Below, piece after piece: positions 12,106 to 25,386 of a stretch of DNA of 64,000 bases. The position numbers and the translations under genes were made by a program. Positions within the stretch are counted from its first letter, which is position 1. Each line of letters opens with the position of its first letter. This DNA comes from Camelus dromedarius (lineage: Eukaryota), in assembly GCF_036321535.1 (NCBI RefSeq), contig NC_087436.1:41666001-41730000 (forward strand). The letters are read 5' to 3'. The notes beneath the pieces were generated by a model. The model made no database searches, had not been told where the DNA came from, and saw only the letters and a list, made by a program, of their open reading frames with translations.

Positions 12106-13050
12106 GAAAACAAAATCTAGATATCAGGAGTGGTCATCATTATTGAGTTGTTGCTATTCCTTTACATCTCAATAAACAGCTTGGAAATATATATAATACG
12201 TAGTGCATGTGTGTGTATGTGTGTGTATACATACACATTTATTTCTGTTATCTCTATACCTAAACCTATACCAATATACTGAAATCCACAAGCTCAGACC
12301 TGTATCTTCAATGCCAATCTAATACTACAGGGTTTATTTCAGTTTATCTTCTTCCCTTATTTGTAGTTCTTTTATCCAAGAAATCTGGCTCCTATAATTA
12401 CCAGTAATTTTACTCACTTGATCAATGAGTAAACCAATGTTCCACAGGTGTCAGTCATCCACCCTCCAATCTCAGCATAAAGAGATTTCTCACATCACTT
12501 TTGTTCTAGTATCATTTTCTGGGCCACTACTATCTTCATCTCCTGCACAAATGACCTCTTCACCCAAATCAGGCTTCATCTCATCATGCCATGCTGCCAA
12601 CACCCTTCCCTGCCCCTAGAGAATCTTCCTTATACTACACAAACTTCAGCACACTGTTCAGGATTGAACACTCCAGTGTGGTACCATCTTTCTCACCATA
12701 CTCATGGTGCCTTGTCCCATGCCAGGCCTCTGTAGTCAGCTTGCTTCATAATTGCTTTCCTCACCCTACTTGGGCTCAAATGCCCTACTATAGGACTCCT
12801 ACATACCATGGTTGCCTTTCTCACACACCTTGACCTCTGATACATGTGTTGGGCAATTCTCTCACTCAGATGTCCCCCTCACCCTGCTTTGGCTCTGAAA
12901 TTTTCCTCCAGATACATCACTGCACCCCTGCCTACTTAATGGCTGTTCTACTTTGTTCCAGTTAAGATAGTTTCCACTAGGTCACCATAGCTGCCTCTCA
13001 CTCTTCTCACATTTCCCATATCTTTCTTGGTCTCCTCAAAACAGGCTTAA
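12100..13050 (-). mobile_element. L1MC3/4-like 3' UTR fragment with degenerate ~60-bp subrepeats
   Basis: gaaaacaaaatctagatatcaggagtggtcatcattattgag plus recurring ctcaccct(a/g)ctt(g/t)ggctc motifs. Confidence 0.55.
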
Positions 13051-13129
13051 TCTATAGTGAAGAGAAGGGAAGGGGAATGTAAAGGAAGGAGAGGGGAACA
13101 AAAAGACCAGAAAGAAGGAGAGCTGTAAC

Positions 13130-14700
13130 TTCCTTTCCAAATTTTCACCATATATTTGGAACATCTTACTATGTTTATGCATGTCAACATATTTTTAATA
13201 TTTTCATAATATTCTGGCATATTAATACTTTATAGTTTATTTAGTAATTTTCCTATTTGAGGACTGTATTTATTTCCAATCATTTTTCACAATTAGAAAT
13301 TCAAAGAAGTCAAATTATTTTGTTATTTTTAGAGCTGTAAGTTGTTTTCCTGAATTCCTGGGGTCATTTATATTGCACCAGCAGTATGTGAGCAAACATT
13401 TTTTTCTTGCCTTCTCTTGACATTCTGGTTTGGGCTATTATTTATTGTATAATATGAGAAATAAATTGTAGTCTCTCATTTTATTTTGTCTTTGGTACGT
13501 GTGGGATTTGCTATTATTTGCATTTTTACTCTTATGAATTTCTTGTGTATATTCTCAAATCATTTTTCCTATTTTGTTTTATTCCATTCTATCATTAATT
13601 TTCATATGTTCCCTAGACAAGATAGATAAGTAGATATATAGATAGATAATAGGCAGATGATAAATAGGTGATAGTGTTATAAAAATTAAGACAGATGCTT
13701 AACTTTTCCCTACCCATATTTTGAGTGAATATTTTTTGAATTCATTTTTTTCCATTTCTCTATTAAGCTTTGGTTTAAAAAATTTTGGTTTTTTATGTAA
13801 ATATTTAAAAGTAATTTATTTTATGATTTTTATCTGTGATTTAAACTTCTAAAATCCTCCCTTATCATAAGGACTTACATAGAGGTAGACATTCGCCTAA
13901 AATTTTTTTAATTCTTTCATTATTTCTTTTCAAAATATAATCTTTAAATTGATCTAAAATTATTTTGGCATTTGGTTCAATATAAGTATCTAAGTTTATT
14001 CATAATGCATTTATTAACTAATGAATTACTTAAATTACAACACACTGAGGCATATTTGTATCTTCTAGGTTTTTATTTGTTGATTTCAATGCTAGTTTAA
14101 TGTGTTATGATTATAATATATATTAATATCTTATACAAAAAGTCCTCTTCTATTAATGTTTTCAGAATTTTCTGATATTCTTATGCATTTATTTTGCAGA
14201 TTAATTTTAGAATAATGCACTCATAATTTGACTGGAATTGTATTAAATACAAATATCAATTTTTGGAGGATATATAATTATCCTTTTGTAAGATATTTAG
14301 TCAGATATTCATTTGTGGCCTTCAATTTCTCTTTTTAAATTTATAAATCCTACAGATTTCTTATTAAATGTATCCCTTGTTTTATGTTTTTGGTTCCTTT
14401 GATAATAGAATGCTTATTTTTCCTTTTTATTTTTTACTATATTTTTCTTAGCATATCAAAAAGACATTGATTTTTATATACTTTTCTTTAAAGTCATCTT
14501 AAATTCTAAGTATTCTCATTTTTTTCCCAGTCAAATCTCTATTTTAAAGTGAAAATATGTGCAGCATTTATGATTTTTATTTTGTTTGGTTACCTACATT
14601 TTGAAAATCCATTTCATGTTGACTAAATAATAAATGTGTTGTACTTTATAGAATTTTTATTATAATGAATAGAATGATCTTTTCACTTATGAATATATTA
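13130..14700 (-). mobile_element. Highly decayed L1ME-type fragments
   Basis: T-rich reverse L1 text (ttgactggaattgtattaaat; gacattgatttttatatac). Includes a degenerate (GATA)n at ~13620-13670. Confidence 0.55.
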
Positions 14701-14849
14701 AAAAAAAACTTGTTAAACACATTCTCCTGGCTAGTAATAACCTATCTTATAGAAGAACAAACTTCATGATTTCCCTAGTTTTCAACGTTTGGTTAATATC
14801 CTTTTTTTCCCCTTTTCTCTTTGGATATTAAAATAATTCTGTAGAAGAT

Positions 14850-15050
14850 AGCAGTGAAGATCATGTCATTAAAGTTAGATAATTCTGAGCACAAAACCCA
14901 GTGCAATAATTTACTTGTTGTGTGATAGACACAGTCTTGAATTAAGGACATTAACAAAGTACCCAATAGGATGTTTGAAAAGATTAAATGAGGTTATGCA
15001 TGTAATGTGCTTAGCAGCATGCCTAACACATAGGAAGTGCTAAATAAATA
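14850..15050 (+). mobile_element. MIR SINE
   Basis: aagattaaatgaggttatgcatgtaatgtgcttagcagcatgcctaacacataggaagtgctaaataaat, MIR 3' end. Confidence 0.7.
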
Positions 15051-15169
15051 CATATATATACAGGAGAAAACAAGAAAAGAGCAAAGACCACATGGAGATA
15101 GATTCCCAGAGGTTAAATTAAGGGGTAAAGCTTCACAAACATATTTAAGGACTTGAAATGTTACGTTAA

Positions 15170-16710
15170 AAAAAAACTTTTTGAGATAGTTTAAGATGAT
15201 TTTTGATTTACATGCAGTTGTAAAAATTAATGCAGAGAGATTCTGAGTAACTTCTACCCAGTTTTCTCTAATGGTGATACCTTGCAAAACTATAGTATAA
15301 TATCACAGAAGGTGTACTGATATGAATTTATTTGAGATGCAGAGCATTTCCATCACCACAGGTATCCCTCCTGTTACCCTTTTATTTTGGAGGGGTACTA
15401 CACACAGCTTATTCCCCACATGTCTGTCAACCATTAATCTGTTCTTCAATTTTTACTTTTGTAATTCGGTATAACTGGAATAGTAAAGTATGTGGCCTGT
15501 ATTAAAGCCTGATTGACTTTTTTCACTAGACATAATTCTCTAGAGATTCATCCAAGTTGTTGCTTACATCAATAGTTTGTTCCTTTTTAATTGCTGAGTA
15601 GTATTCTTAGGTGTGAATGTAGCACAATTTGTTTATTCACTCATTGGAGAACATCTGGGTTATTGCCTGTCTTGAAGTATTACAAATAAAGCTTCTGTGA
15701 ATATTAATGTACAATTTTTAAGTGAACATAATTTTTCATTTCTCCTGGTAAGTATCTAGAAATGTGAGATAGAATAGCTGCATGTTTAGCTTCATAAGAA
15801 ACTGTTAAACTGTTTTCCAAAGGATCTATACCATTTCATATAGTCATCACCAAGATATTATTTCTCCACCTCCTTTAAAGCATTTGATATTGTCATTTTT
15901 TTTTTATTTTAGCTATTCTGATAGGTTTGTAGTAATATCTCATTGTAGTATTACTCGTATTTCACTAGTGACCAATGATATAGGACATACTTTTATGTAT
16001 TTATTTGCATCTGTGTATTTTCTTCAGTGAATATCCAAACATCTCCTTCTATGGTTGTTACAAAAAGTTCTATAGTTTTACATTTTAAGTCCGTGATCCA
16101 ATTTGAGTTAATTTTTTATAAGGTGGGAGGTTTATGTCAAGGTTCTTCTTTTTTCTTCCCCTGTAGATGTCCAGTTGCTCTAGCACCGTTGTCAAAAAGT
16201 CTATCCTTTCTAAAATAAATTGTTTTTACACATTTGTCAAAAATTATTTGGGAGTTTTTCTTCCAGCTGGACCCCTCTGGCAGTACCCTGATGTGGGAAT
16301 CAGAGAACATCCTGCTCTCTCAGATGGGGCTGGAGGCTCACTTTATCCCACCAGATAGGGGAGGGAATATCTGCTCTCTCCCTGGGCCAAGAACACAAGG
16401 AGGGGGACTTGAGTACTGCCTGATTCTGCCAGGTGGAGAGGGACAGAGGCCTGGGGACATGTGGGCGGGTGAGGGGGTGGTTTCCATTGGTAACAGTTTG
16501 GAGAAGGATGGGTAGTGGCAAAAAGATTTCTGTCCTTAGTCCAAATTGTTTTTGTAGTCCTCTGATTAAAAACAGGCTTTCCTTGGAGATTCTTGCCTGT
16601 GTCTGTTGGCAGTTCCTGATTGGAGGCTTCTGTAGCACTTTGTCTGGGATATGTGGTAGGGAAGGAAAAATCTCAAGGAATTCATCACCAATATTTTCCA
16701 TCCTCATCCT
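15170..16710 (-). mobile_element. L1MC/L1MD-type LINE-1: 3' end joined to a 5'-region fragment
   Basis: 15170-16255 is reverse 3' UTR/ORF2 end (acatgcagttgtaaaaattaatgcagagagattc...). It switches abruptly at ~16258 to GC-richer L1M 5'-region-like text. The ORFs at 16234-16786 lie inside it. Confidence 0.7.
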
Positions 16711-19254
16711 ATCCTTTCATGTTAACTTTGTCTTTTTATTCTGTATTTTAGAAATAACATCTCAACTTTATTCTTTATATATTTGATTGGAATTTCTGCA
16801 GTGCTAATTCTGTTTATCTGCTTCTATGTGAATAATTTGTTTCTTGTTTTCTTTTTCCCTCCAGTATTTTTTTTTTCCTGGGTCCTCTTCTTGTCAGTTA
16901 ATTTACTTGGTTCCTTGGTTCAACATACTCTGTTGTTTATTCATTATCCCTTACTTTGCTTAATAAAGATTGTATCATTAGACTTAGGAACATAGAACAG
17001 ATTATGTATCTATACACATAGTTTTTCTTCATTATTAAAAGTGGGCTTTTCTTTTTAGTCTTCAATGTAATATTTCCTTTCAAGTTCAGCATTTTGTCTA
17101 AGCCACATTTTTGATGTTTCTAAGTGACTAAAAGTTTACTGTTTGTCACCAGGCACGGTGCACTACTTGGTCTTATCCATTTGCTTGGTTTTGGAATTCT
17201 CCCCTCTGTTCTTTAGATTCTGTTGTCTTTAGTAGAGAATCATTAATGTAGTTCAGTGGAATAAAAAGTTTTCACCAACCCTTATGTCTCTTTTCTTTGA
17301 CTTTACACAGAAGAATGTATCTTCCAGAATATCTAAAAAAAAAAAAATCTTACTTTTTTTTTCCTTTGCGAACATGCAAGAAAATGAAAAGAACTCTTTA
17401 TCAGGGCTCTATCTCAACTTACCCAGAACAAGAACACCTTATGCTCTTTGATGATACCCTTCAAGATGAAGTGTCCTAACATCATTCTCTTCAACTATAA
17501 TCTGGTGATAGCCTTAGAATTGCAGTACCCAGGTGGATGATAAAAACATGGATGACGCATGATACTCAAAAAAGACTCTAATAGAGTAGGGACAAGGTCA
17601 CATTTTTTATTTTTTTCATCAAAATCTTCATCTTAATGAAGAAAGGGAAAAGTAGTTAAGGCCAAAATCTTACTATTTCTACTTCCAATGTAATAATGCT
17701 TGTCTCAAATTTATATATATCCAAATGAGTTTAACATTCAAATACTTCATCACTTTAACTGCTGAAGGTTTATTGCATAATCTTACTATTTTTCCATGGT
17801 AATATTGTTTACAGTTTTATTGTGCTGAAGGACACTGTGATGTGGAAACAGGAGTAATTAAATCAGGAGCTAATATTCTGGCATTATGTTAATTCAGAAC
17901 TTAATGCACATTTCAAAAGGAATGTAGGAGATGCATGAGAATCTTTTATAAAAGTACATTACACCAATTCAGAGGCATGATTGATTAAGTTTTTCCTTTC
18001 AAGTACAAGTAGAAGCCAGATTTTACTCCCCTCCAAAAAGACCCATTTTATTTAATAGCTAATTATGTTAGATTTGTTTATTGCTCTAGAAAATCTCATC
18101 ATTGTAGTGGAGTCAGGCAGATATGCCAAAATTAATTTAAAACCCATCATGTACTAACAAATCATATCAATATATGAAAACTTTTAGGAGACAAAAAAAA
18201 ATGAAAGTTTGGATATTATACTGCCATGGCATCAAATATCGGTGAGAATTTAACAACTATCTCAGCTGGAAATCGAGGTTTATCTATTAACAATAAGGTA
18301 AAAATAGAAGAAAAAGTGCAGTGTGTGAATGAATGCATGAATAGTTGAAAGAGAGGGAGTCTGACATGAAACAAAAAAAAATAAGAATGGAAGTTTGTGT
18401 GGATCCCAGTGTGTATTCAGTATGACAACAAAAAAGCTGTGTCCTTACAAGTTGCCATTTGAGGGCAGTGAATAAATACCACTGTCATTTTATGTTAATG
18501 GAAAAATGTAAAGTGATTAGAGCAAATAGAGTCTTGGCACAAATAATTGCCAAAGATTTTTATATTTTAGGTCCAAGCATAAGAGTAAAACACTAATAGC
18601 ATATCTGATTACTACATGATTACATAGTCTTGGCATTTTAATCTTATTCATAGAATTAGGCTGATATAGGCAGCTAACTTTATGTGTTCTAGTAACTTTG
18701 AGGAATTCTTTTTTAGATTGTCTTATAGATAACACATTTGGAAATAGATTTAGAATGTGCATTTTGGAAAAATATTTGATAAAATATTGACATATCTGTA
18801 GGCAGCATGACACTTCCTAGCAAACTCCTGACAGCTGGAGAGCACCATCAACCGAGTTTGCATTCAGCTGTTTCAAATGGCATACATTTGCCACAAAACT
18901 GCATAGATACATATATCAGTTTCTGCAGGCTGTGAATTATAGATTCTGTTTAAGAATGTGTTAGGCATGCAAACTCAGAGAAAAAAATGAGCTGACAGTT
19001 GAAAACTACTAATTTTATAGTATCTAAAATAGGTGTTAAGCATTCCAACTTGGAGCTAATTTATTCAGTGAGTCAAAGATAACCACAATGCAGGACAGCT
19101 TTTATGATATATAAAATCTTAATAAGTCCAATTTTATTTTATATATTTAGGAAGTTGATAACATCTCATTCTGCATACATTTTGTTGTCTGGCTAAATCA
19201 TGATAGGAGAATATTATGATATCAATTTTCTGTATTTTTCTTGCAAATTCTGTA

Positions 19255-19950
19255 TGATTGTGATAGATTGCTTGCTGTTCACCAAGATCCTTTCTCTACT
19301 CTTTCCATTAAAAAAAAAGAAAAAAAGAACTGTAGCTGGACATACTACTTCTCAGCTAAACTATCTTTTCCAGTCTTCCATATAGTTTGAAAGGGTGAAT
19401 AAATTTTTGCTGATTGACTGTAAACCAAAGTAATATCTGTCACTTCCATGTTTGGATGTTACAAAAAGCAGTATGCTAATTCCACATTTTCTTTCCTCTC
19501 CTTGCCAGTGAAGACCCAGCTTCAACCATGCAGTAACAGTGCCCTAGTACAGGGGTTGGCAGACTACAACCTAAAAGCCAAATCCCTCCCTCTGCCTGTT
19601 TAAAAAAAAAAAAAAAAAAAGGTGTATTAGAACATAGCCATGTCCATTCATGGCATAGAGTCTGTGGCTACTTTCCCACCACAATGGCTGAGGTAAGTAA
19701 TTGCACCAGACACTGTATATCCTGCAAAGCCTAAAATATTTACACTCTGTCCCTTTACAGAAAATGTTTGCAGATCCCTGCCCTAGAGAATGGCTGAACA
19801 TGGTGGAAGCAGACTGGGTCCCTGGATGAGCACACTGAGCAGAGCTGCACCAATGTCCTGGACTCATCACTCCAGGAGTGTTACAGGAGAGAGAAATGTA
19901 TTTTTTTAAGCCATCGTATTATTGAGTCTCCTAATTACCAGCAGCTTGGT
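19255..19950 (+). mobile_element. Old ERVL/MaLR LTR (MLT1J/K- or LTR16-like), interrupted by MER58A
   Basis: ggaagcagactgggtccctggatgagcacactgagcagagc...gagagaaatgtattttttaagcca, LTR-type motifs on both sides of the MER58A. Confidence 0.6.
19550..19780 (+). mobile_element. MER58A hAT-Charlie non-autonomous DNA transposon
   Basis: TIRs caggggttggcagac / gtttgcagatccctg. Body gcctaaaatatttacactctgtccctttacagaaaa. 8-bp TSD ccctagta / ccctagag. Confidence 0.9.
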
Positions 19951-22029
19951 GTTTTTCTAAACCAAACCACTCTGAAAAGGGTATGAAATGAACATTGGTA
20001 AGGAAAACCCTAATTAGCACCATTTTAACTCTATAACATGACTATTTCATTCTGAAATTTTTTTCTCTTTAATAATAAACATCATAGAAACAAGTATACT
20101 ATTTTACTCTAATTCATATGCAGGTAATATAGTTAACTAGTTTAATGGAGGATATCCATTTTGCAAACAAATGTTTGTCTTAAGTGCTGTATGAGAATTA
20201 ATAAATATTTTAAATGTAATATCCCATAAATATATATGTGCAATTTTAATGTAATTGGTCTGAAGTCATATAATCAACATTTTTCATTTGTTCATAAAGA
20301 ATATCTGACTTTTATATAAACCAAGTTATTATTGTCAAAGTTATTCTATTAAATGCTATATATTAAAAAGTGTCAGTAACTTTGACAGGAGAAACATAAT
20401 GTTGAATGGCAGTCAAGACCTTTTCCTAAGGTACATGAAACAAAGAGAAGTTATGCATTTGAAATTGAGCTAAAAATAAATACGAGCATTTTACTTTTTA
20501 ATATAGTACAAAGAAGTTATTTATAAATGGATATAATTCTTTTGAAGAGCCAAAAATTTGCAATCAATATAGGACTACTGTTCATTTTCTAAATTTAAAA
20601 ACAATACTATAACCAAGGACAGTTGTACCTTGTTAAAAAGTCCTTTTTACGTAGTTTCATATTACTTGAGAGACTTTAGGAACAGCCTAGCAAATTGACC
20701 TCAAGACAATCTAAGATTTATGAAATATAAAAAGACCCACCAGGATTGGGTAAGAATGAAGTGACAGACACTGTTAGTTTTGCTTAAGTACATGAGAAAA
20801 TTCTTCTCTTGAAGTGTGGGTACTCCTAATCTGGAAAAATAGAGATGGAGTTCATTGGAACAATATTCCCTATTTTTTTGAACTTCCAATGATAACTTTT
20901 TAAAAAAAATTATCAACTGAAAAGGGCATTTTTCTGGACTCTCTTTAGATATTCTACTATTTTTTCACATAGTCACAAAAACAGAAAATGATGAAACTCT
21001 CAACATTTAAAACTAAAAATGACAGATAACTTTAAAATGTGGAAGTGATTAATATGAATTACAAGACAAGCAGAACTAGAATAAGAAAAATCTACCAGCT
21101 CCCAACATAGTGCTGACTTGTTTTGTGAAACCGGAACCAGATGAGGAATCTAGACTCTCCTCAGTTCTTACCGTGTTTTCAGATTGTGAGACTTGTTGAG
21201 AACATTACCTTGTGAGGTTAATTAATTATTCCTCCCAATTTCTAACCCCTTCACCTTTTAGTCTGATACTGTTTGCCACAACCAAGTGATTTTACAATTC
21301 AAAAAATAAAAATGAAAAGAGCTAAAGACAATGGGCTGTTTTTTTTTTTTTTAAATTCAGGGACTCATAATCTCCAAAAGTAAATTTTAGAACATGATAG
21401 CATGCAATAATAAGCTTTTAATGCTGGCCCTTTTGTGCTGGGAATAGTACTTCTTCATATATTACATTCAGAATATCAGAAAAACAGGAACTAGAGACAG
21501 CAGAAAAACATTACACTGCAAAGGTAAGTATGAAAGGTATAAAGGTATAAAAGTTTAATGGTCCTAGAGGAATTCAATTCACCTTGCTTGTCTTCTAAAA
21601 ATAATAAAAAGTCAAAACTAAACTTCCTTATTAAATAGCATGAAATATTTACTTTAAATTCAAAATCTCATTAGCACCATTACAATATCATCTTGGCAAT
21701 ACTAAGGAAAAAATGATACCATGAAAACAAAATATGTAATATAGAAAACCAGAGATTTCACAGATGGACAAAAGACACAGCCATAAAAATAATACCTTAA
21801 AAGTATTGATTGAAATTAAAAGGCAAAATTGTAGTGTCATGATATGGGTAATATATGCTCATGACCCAAATAAATTGACCATGTATCAATTGATTAAATC
21901 ATCAAAATTATGACAAAAGTCTGTGTACATGCTAGTCATGTTTGTTGCCTATTTGTGATCAATATAGTCTGACTCTGAATTACACAGAAACTAATTTTTT
22001 CATGTTAATTTTGACAGTTCACTGAAAAT

Positions 22030-23900
22030 CTGGAAGGAGGGAGAAACAGGCTCAGAAAGTCAGCAGGAGGAAAAGAAAGCTGGCCAGCCAGAGCTATTGG
22101 CCAGTTATCATTCTCCGGTCTGGTGAAGGTACCAGCTGCTACTAACCCTCAACACCAGATAGCACAACACCTTGCACCATGGATACAGTTTCAAATGGAC
22201 ATTGGATGCGACCCTTAGCAATAATGCTACTGTCTCCCATGAAAACTACATGTTGCTGCTTCCACTAATGGCTCCAAATACATTAATCCTTGGTTCTGCT
22301 TCTTTACATCATGAAATCCTGCATACTAGTCAGAGGTAAGGGCCTTGGAAGCTAAGGCATTTTTTTTGTGTGTATGTGTTGTAGTTGAAAGGGCAACTAA
22401 GGCAGTGAATATCTATTCTTTTTTGGTTTCATATAATTGGAATTAAACCCTATATTCATATGTGTAGATAATTCCCCAAAGAAAAAGGGTCATATGTTGG
22501 GAAGCCAGAAAAGAAAAAAGAAAAAAAAGTCCTAAGTAATTCAAAATTTCGCTTCACCATGTCAATATAAACCTTTCTCCCTCTTTTCACTCTCCCCAAC
22601 TATGTTCTGACTATTGTAATCCAATTATCCTCAAGCAATACAAAGTACATTTCAAGACTCATTAATTCCACATTTATCTCAAAGCTAAATATATCTGGGT
22701 GATGGCCATTCTTTCTTTAGTTCTGTAGACTCAGAAATGAAGCCAGAAAAAAAAAACCAATAAATTTTCCTACACAGATAAATTGATATAACATATATGT
22801 TATATATGTTATATCATTATATAAAACAAAATATACATCAGAATAATATATATAATACCTATTTATATATGTATTACACCTGTGTATACCTATTACATCC
22901 ACCTATATAATATATGTGTTAATACAGCAGGTGTTATATGTGCTATATGTGTGTATATGATATCAATATGTATGCAATACAATAGGAAAGAGATGCTAGT
23001 ATAGGACACAATTCTCAGTTCTCACTTCACTTCTCTAACTAGTACTGGAGCATGGCTGACATATAGGATTCCACTCTGTTATTCTTTCCTTCTTTGTCTT
23101 TATCTTCAACTATTGCTTTACTGCAATATTTTTTTAATCCTGAATAACCTAAAACTTTGTCTCTTGGGATCTAAGATATTGGTGGCCTGCACATGAAGTT
23201 ATATTGGTGGTCTTAAACTGTACAGACAATACCCAAATGGCCCTCCATATAGAGTTAGGATTTCCTTAACTGTATGCCAGTGTGTTTGTTAATGAAGGAT
23301 GTACTCTAGGTCCACATTCCTGTTCCTTCCTTCCTTCTTGTCCTCCAGCAAACACTACAACTTCCTGTTTATTTTAAAAACAGATGATTAACTACAATAA
23401 CCAAGTGGTCTGTCCCATTTTGGCATCTTGGAGACAAGATATAAGTGTATTGGCATTGGGAAAAATCATCCCGTCTCCAGATCACTAACCTGAGTATATT
23501 TTGAATGCTCACTTGCTTAATGTTGGCATCCCTTATTCTTTAAGGCTAGGTGCTTTGGGGTAGTAGATTATATATAGTAACACCAGCAAATCTCTTGAAC
23601 AATTCCTCCATTTGCTCTCAAATAAGTTCCTGAATGTGAAGCAGTGTAGGTAAGCTACCATGATATAACCAAAGGCATTCAAAATAACCACAAAAGTCTT
23701 CAATAATTGTGCAAGAAAGAAAAGCAAGCATGGAAAGCAAGAAGAAATTCAGAACAAATGCATGTTTTCCTGAGAAATATCACTCCCCCCTTCATAACAG
23801 AAAGGGTTCCGGCATAATCAACTGCTGTAAGGAGCAGGCTGGTCGCATGATGCGTTGATTACCATATTTGGTTCATGGCTGGTTTCCACTGGAAGGAAAT
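22030..23900. mobile_element. Possible very old ERVL-class LTR/internal remnants
   Basis: GC-richer blocks (22030-22520, 23050-23900) with loose resemblance to ERVL/MaLR sequence. No readable retroviral ORF. Confidence 0.3.
22780..22980. repeat. (TA)-rich low-complexity region
   Basis: Runs of tatata/atatgt. Confidence 0.7.
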
Positions 23901-23979
23901 TGGTTCATATGAAAAGAGGAACTCCATATGAGAAGAGAAACATGTTATTGAAGTCCTGTAATAACTTCCATCCTGCCAT

Positions 23980-24245
23980 TAAATCTCCAAAAGTATGATC
24001 TCTGCTCAGAGTCCTTTACTGACTGTTCTAGCTAAAACATCACCTGTCCCATTTAATCTCCATCCTTTTGCTCTGCACATAGCTTTATCTGAAATATTAT
24101 TATTTATTTACCTTGTCTATTTAATTTACTAGATTAAGTCAAGGAATTTGCCTGATTTGTTTACTTCTATATTCCTTGAACCTAAAATAGTGTCTGGCAC
24201 ATTGAAGCTCCCAACTAATTTTAATTTTGGCTGAATGAGTGAATA
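23980..24245 (+). mobile_element. L2 LINE 3' end
   Basis: attccttgaacctaaaatagtgtctggcacattgaagctc...gctgaatgagtgaat. Confidence 0.7.
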
Positions 24246-25386
24246 TACCCATTGAACAAGCATGGCAGGAGACAGGAGATAGCATTGAATTCAGCATCTG
24301 TAAATTTGTCTGGGTGATTTCTAAGAATCTTTTCAGCAAATAAGCATTTTAATGATAACTCATAGGGCACCTATATTTTTGTGCTATAAACTATTAAAAT
24401 GCCTTTCCCCCAAAATCTTGACACCAATCCTTAAATATTGCTTCTTCAAAGTCCGTAATCATCTAACAAAAGAGAAAAAAATGACAGCTTGTAAATAAAT
24501 GTATATGCTTTTCTCAGACCTGATCTTCTAAGCAAAGAGGAAACAAAAGGTACTCCTTGAAGTTTTGCCTGCTGGAAATATTTTCTACTCTAATTGTCCT
24601 TTTGGACCTTTTTCAGAAGATTTCAACATATTGGAAAGAGGCATCTGTGGGGTACAATAGGAATAAACACTCTCATATTCTGTAAATAGTTTATTTTACA
24701 AGTATTTTTCAAATTTATGATAGATTTTGGCTTATCCTATAATAATGGTACTTACAGAGTAAGAAAACAGATGGAATAATTCTACCTAAAAATATATTTT
24801 CTAACTATACTACTCAACTTAGGAACTTTGGAAATACAACTGAAGTTATTATAGGGTCTAATGGGGATTACTTGGAGTCAGGCTTGTGTCAAAACCCCTT
24901 TTAATAACTGTCCTAGATAAGCCATCACAATGAAGAGTAAAGGGTATTTCTAATTCTGCAAGAATTAGTGTTAATCTCTCATAATTCTGGAAACATCTGG
25001 ATATTTTGGTTTCTTCAGTACAAAGGTAGCCTGGTAATTATTCCCAATAAAAAGAAATATTCACAAAAAGTCTAACAATGTTGTTGCAGGATCTTTCCCT
25101 AATTGTACCTAGATTTTTCTTCATTAAAGGTTTCCTAGGTATGTTTACTAGCTTAGGTCTTGATATTGGCTGGTTAACATGTCAGACGAAGTATCTTTAT
25201 GATAACCATGTCCACCTTGTTACTGCATCTTCTTAAGTATTTGTTTTGGCCTTTGCCATCCTAGGATCCTAGGAGCCAATATTATGTGACACATGTCTCA
25301 CCAATACCTCCAGGCTACAGGGACCATCCAATAACAAACTTTTCAAATAATCTGGAGATCCTTTCTAAGAATTTTTAAATGCTTTA

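Noticed and set aside
21165..21210. Minus-strand donor ACG|GTAAGA
   Set aside because: No convincing upstream acceptor or frame link to the 45-nt exon
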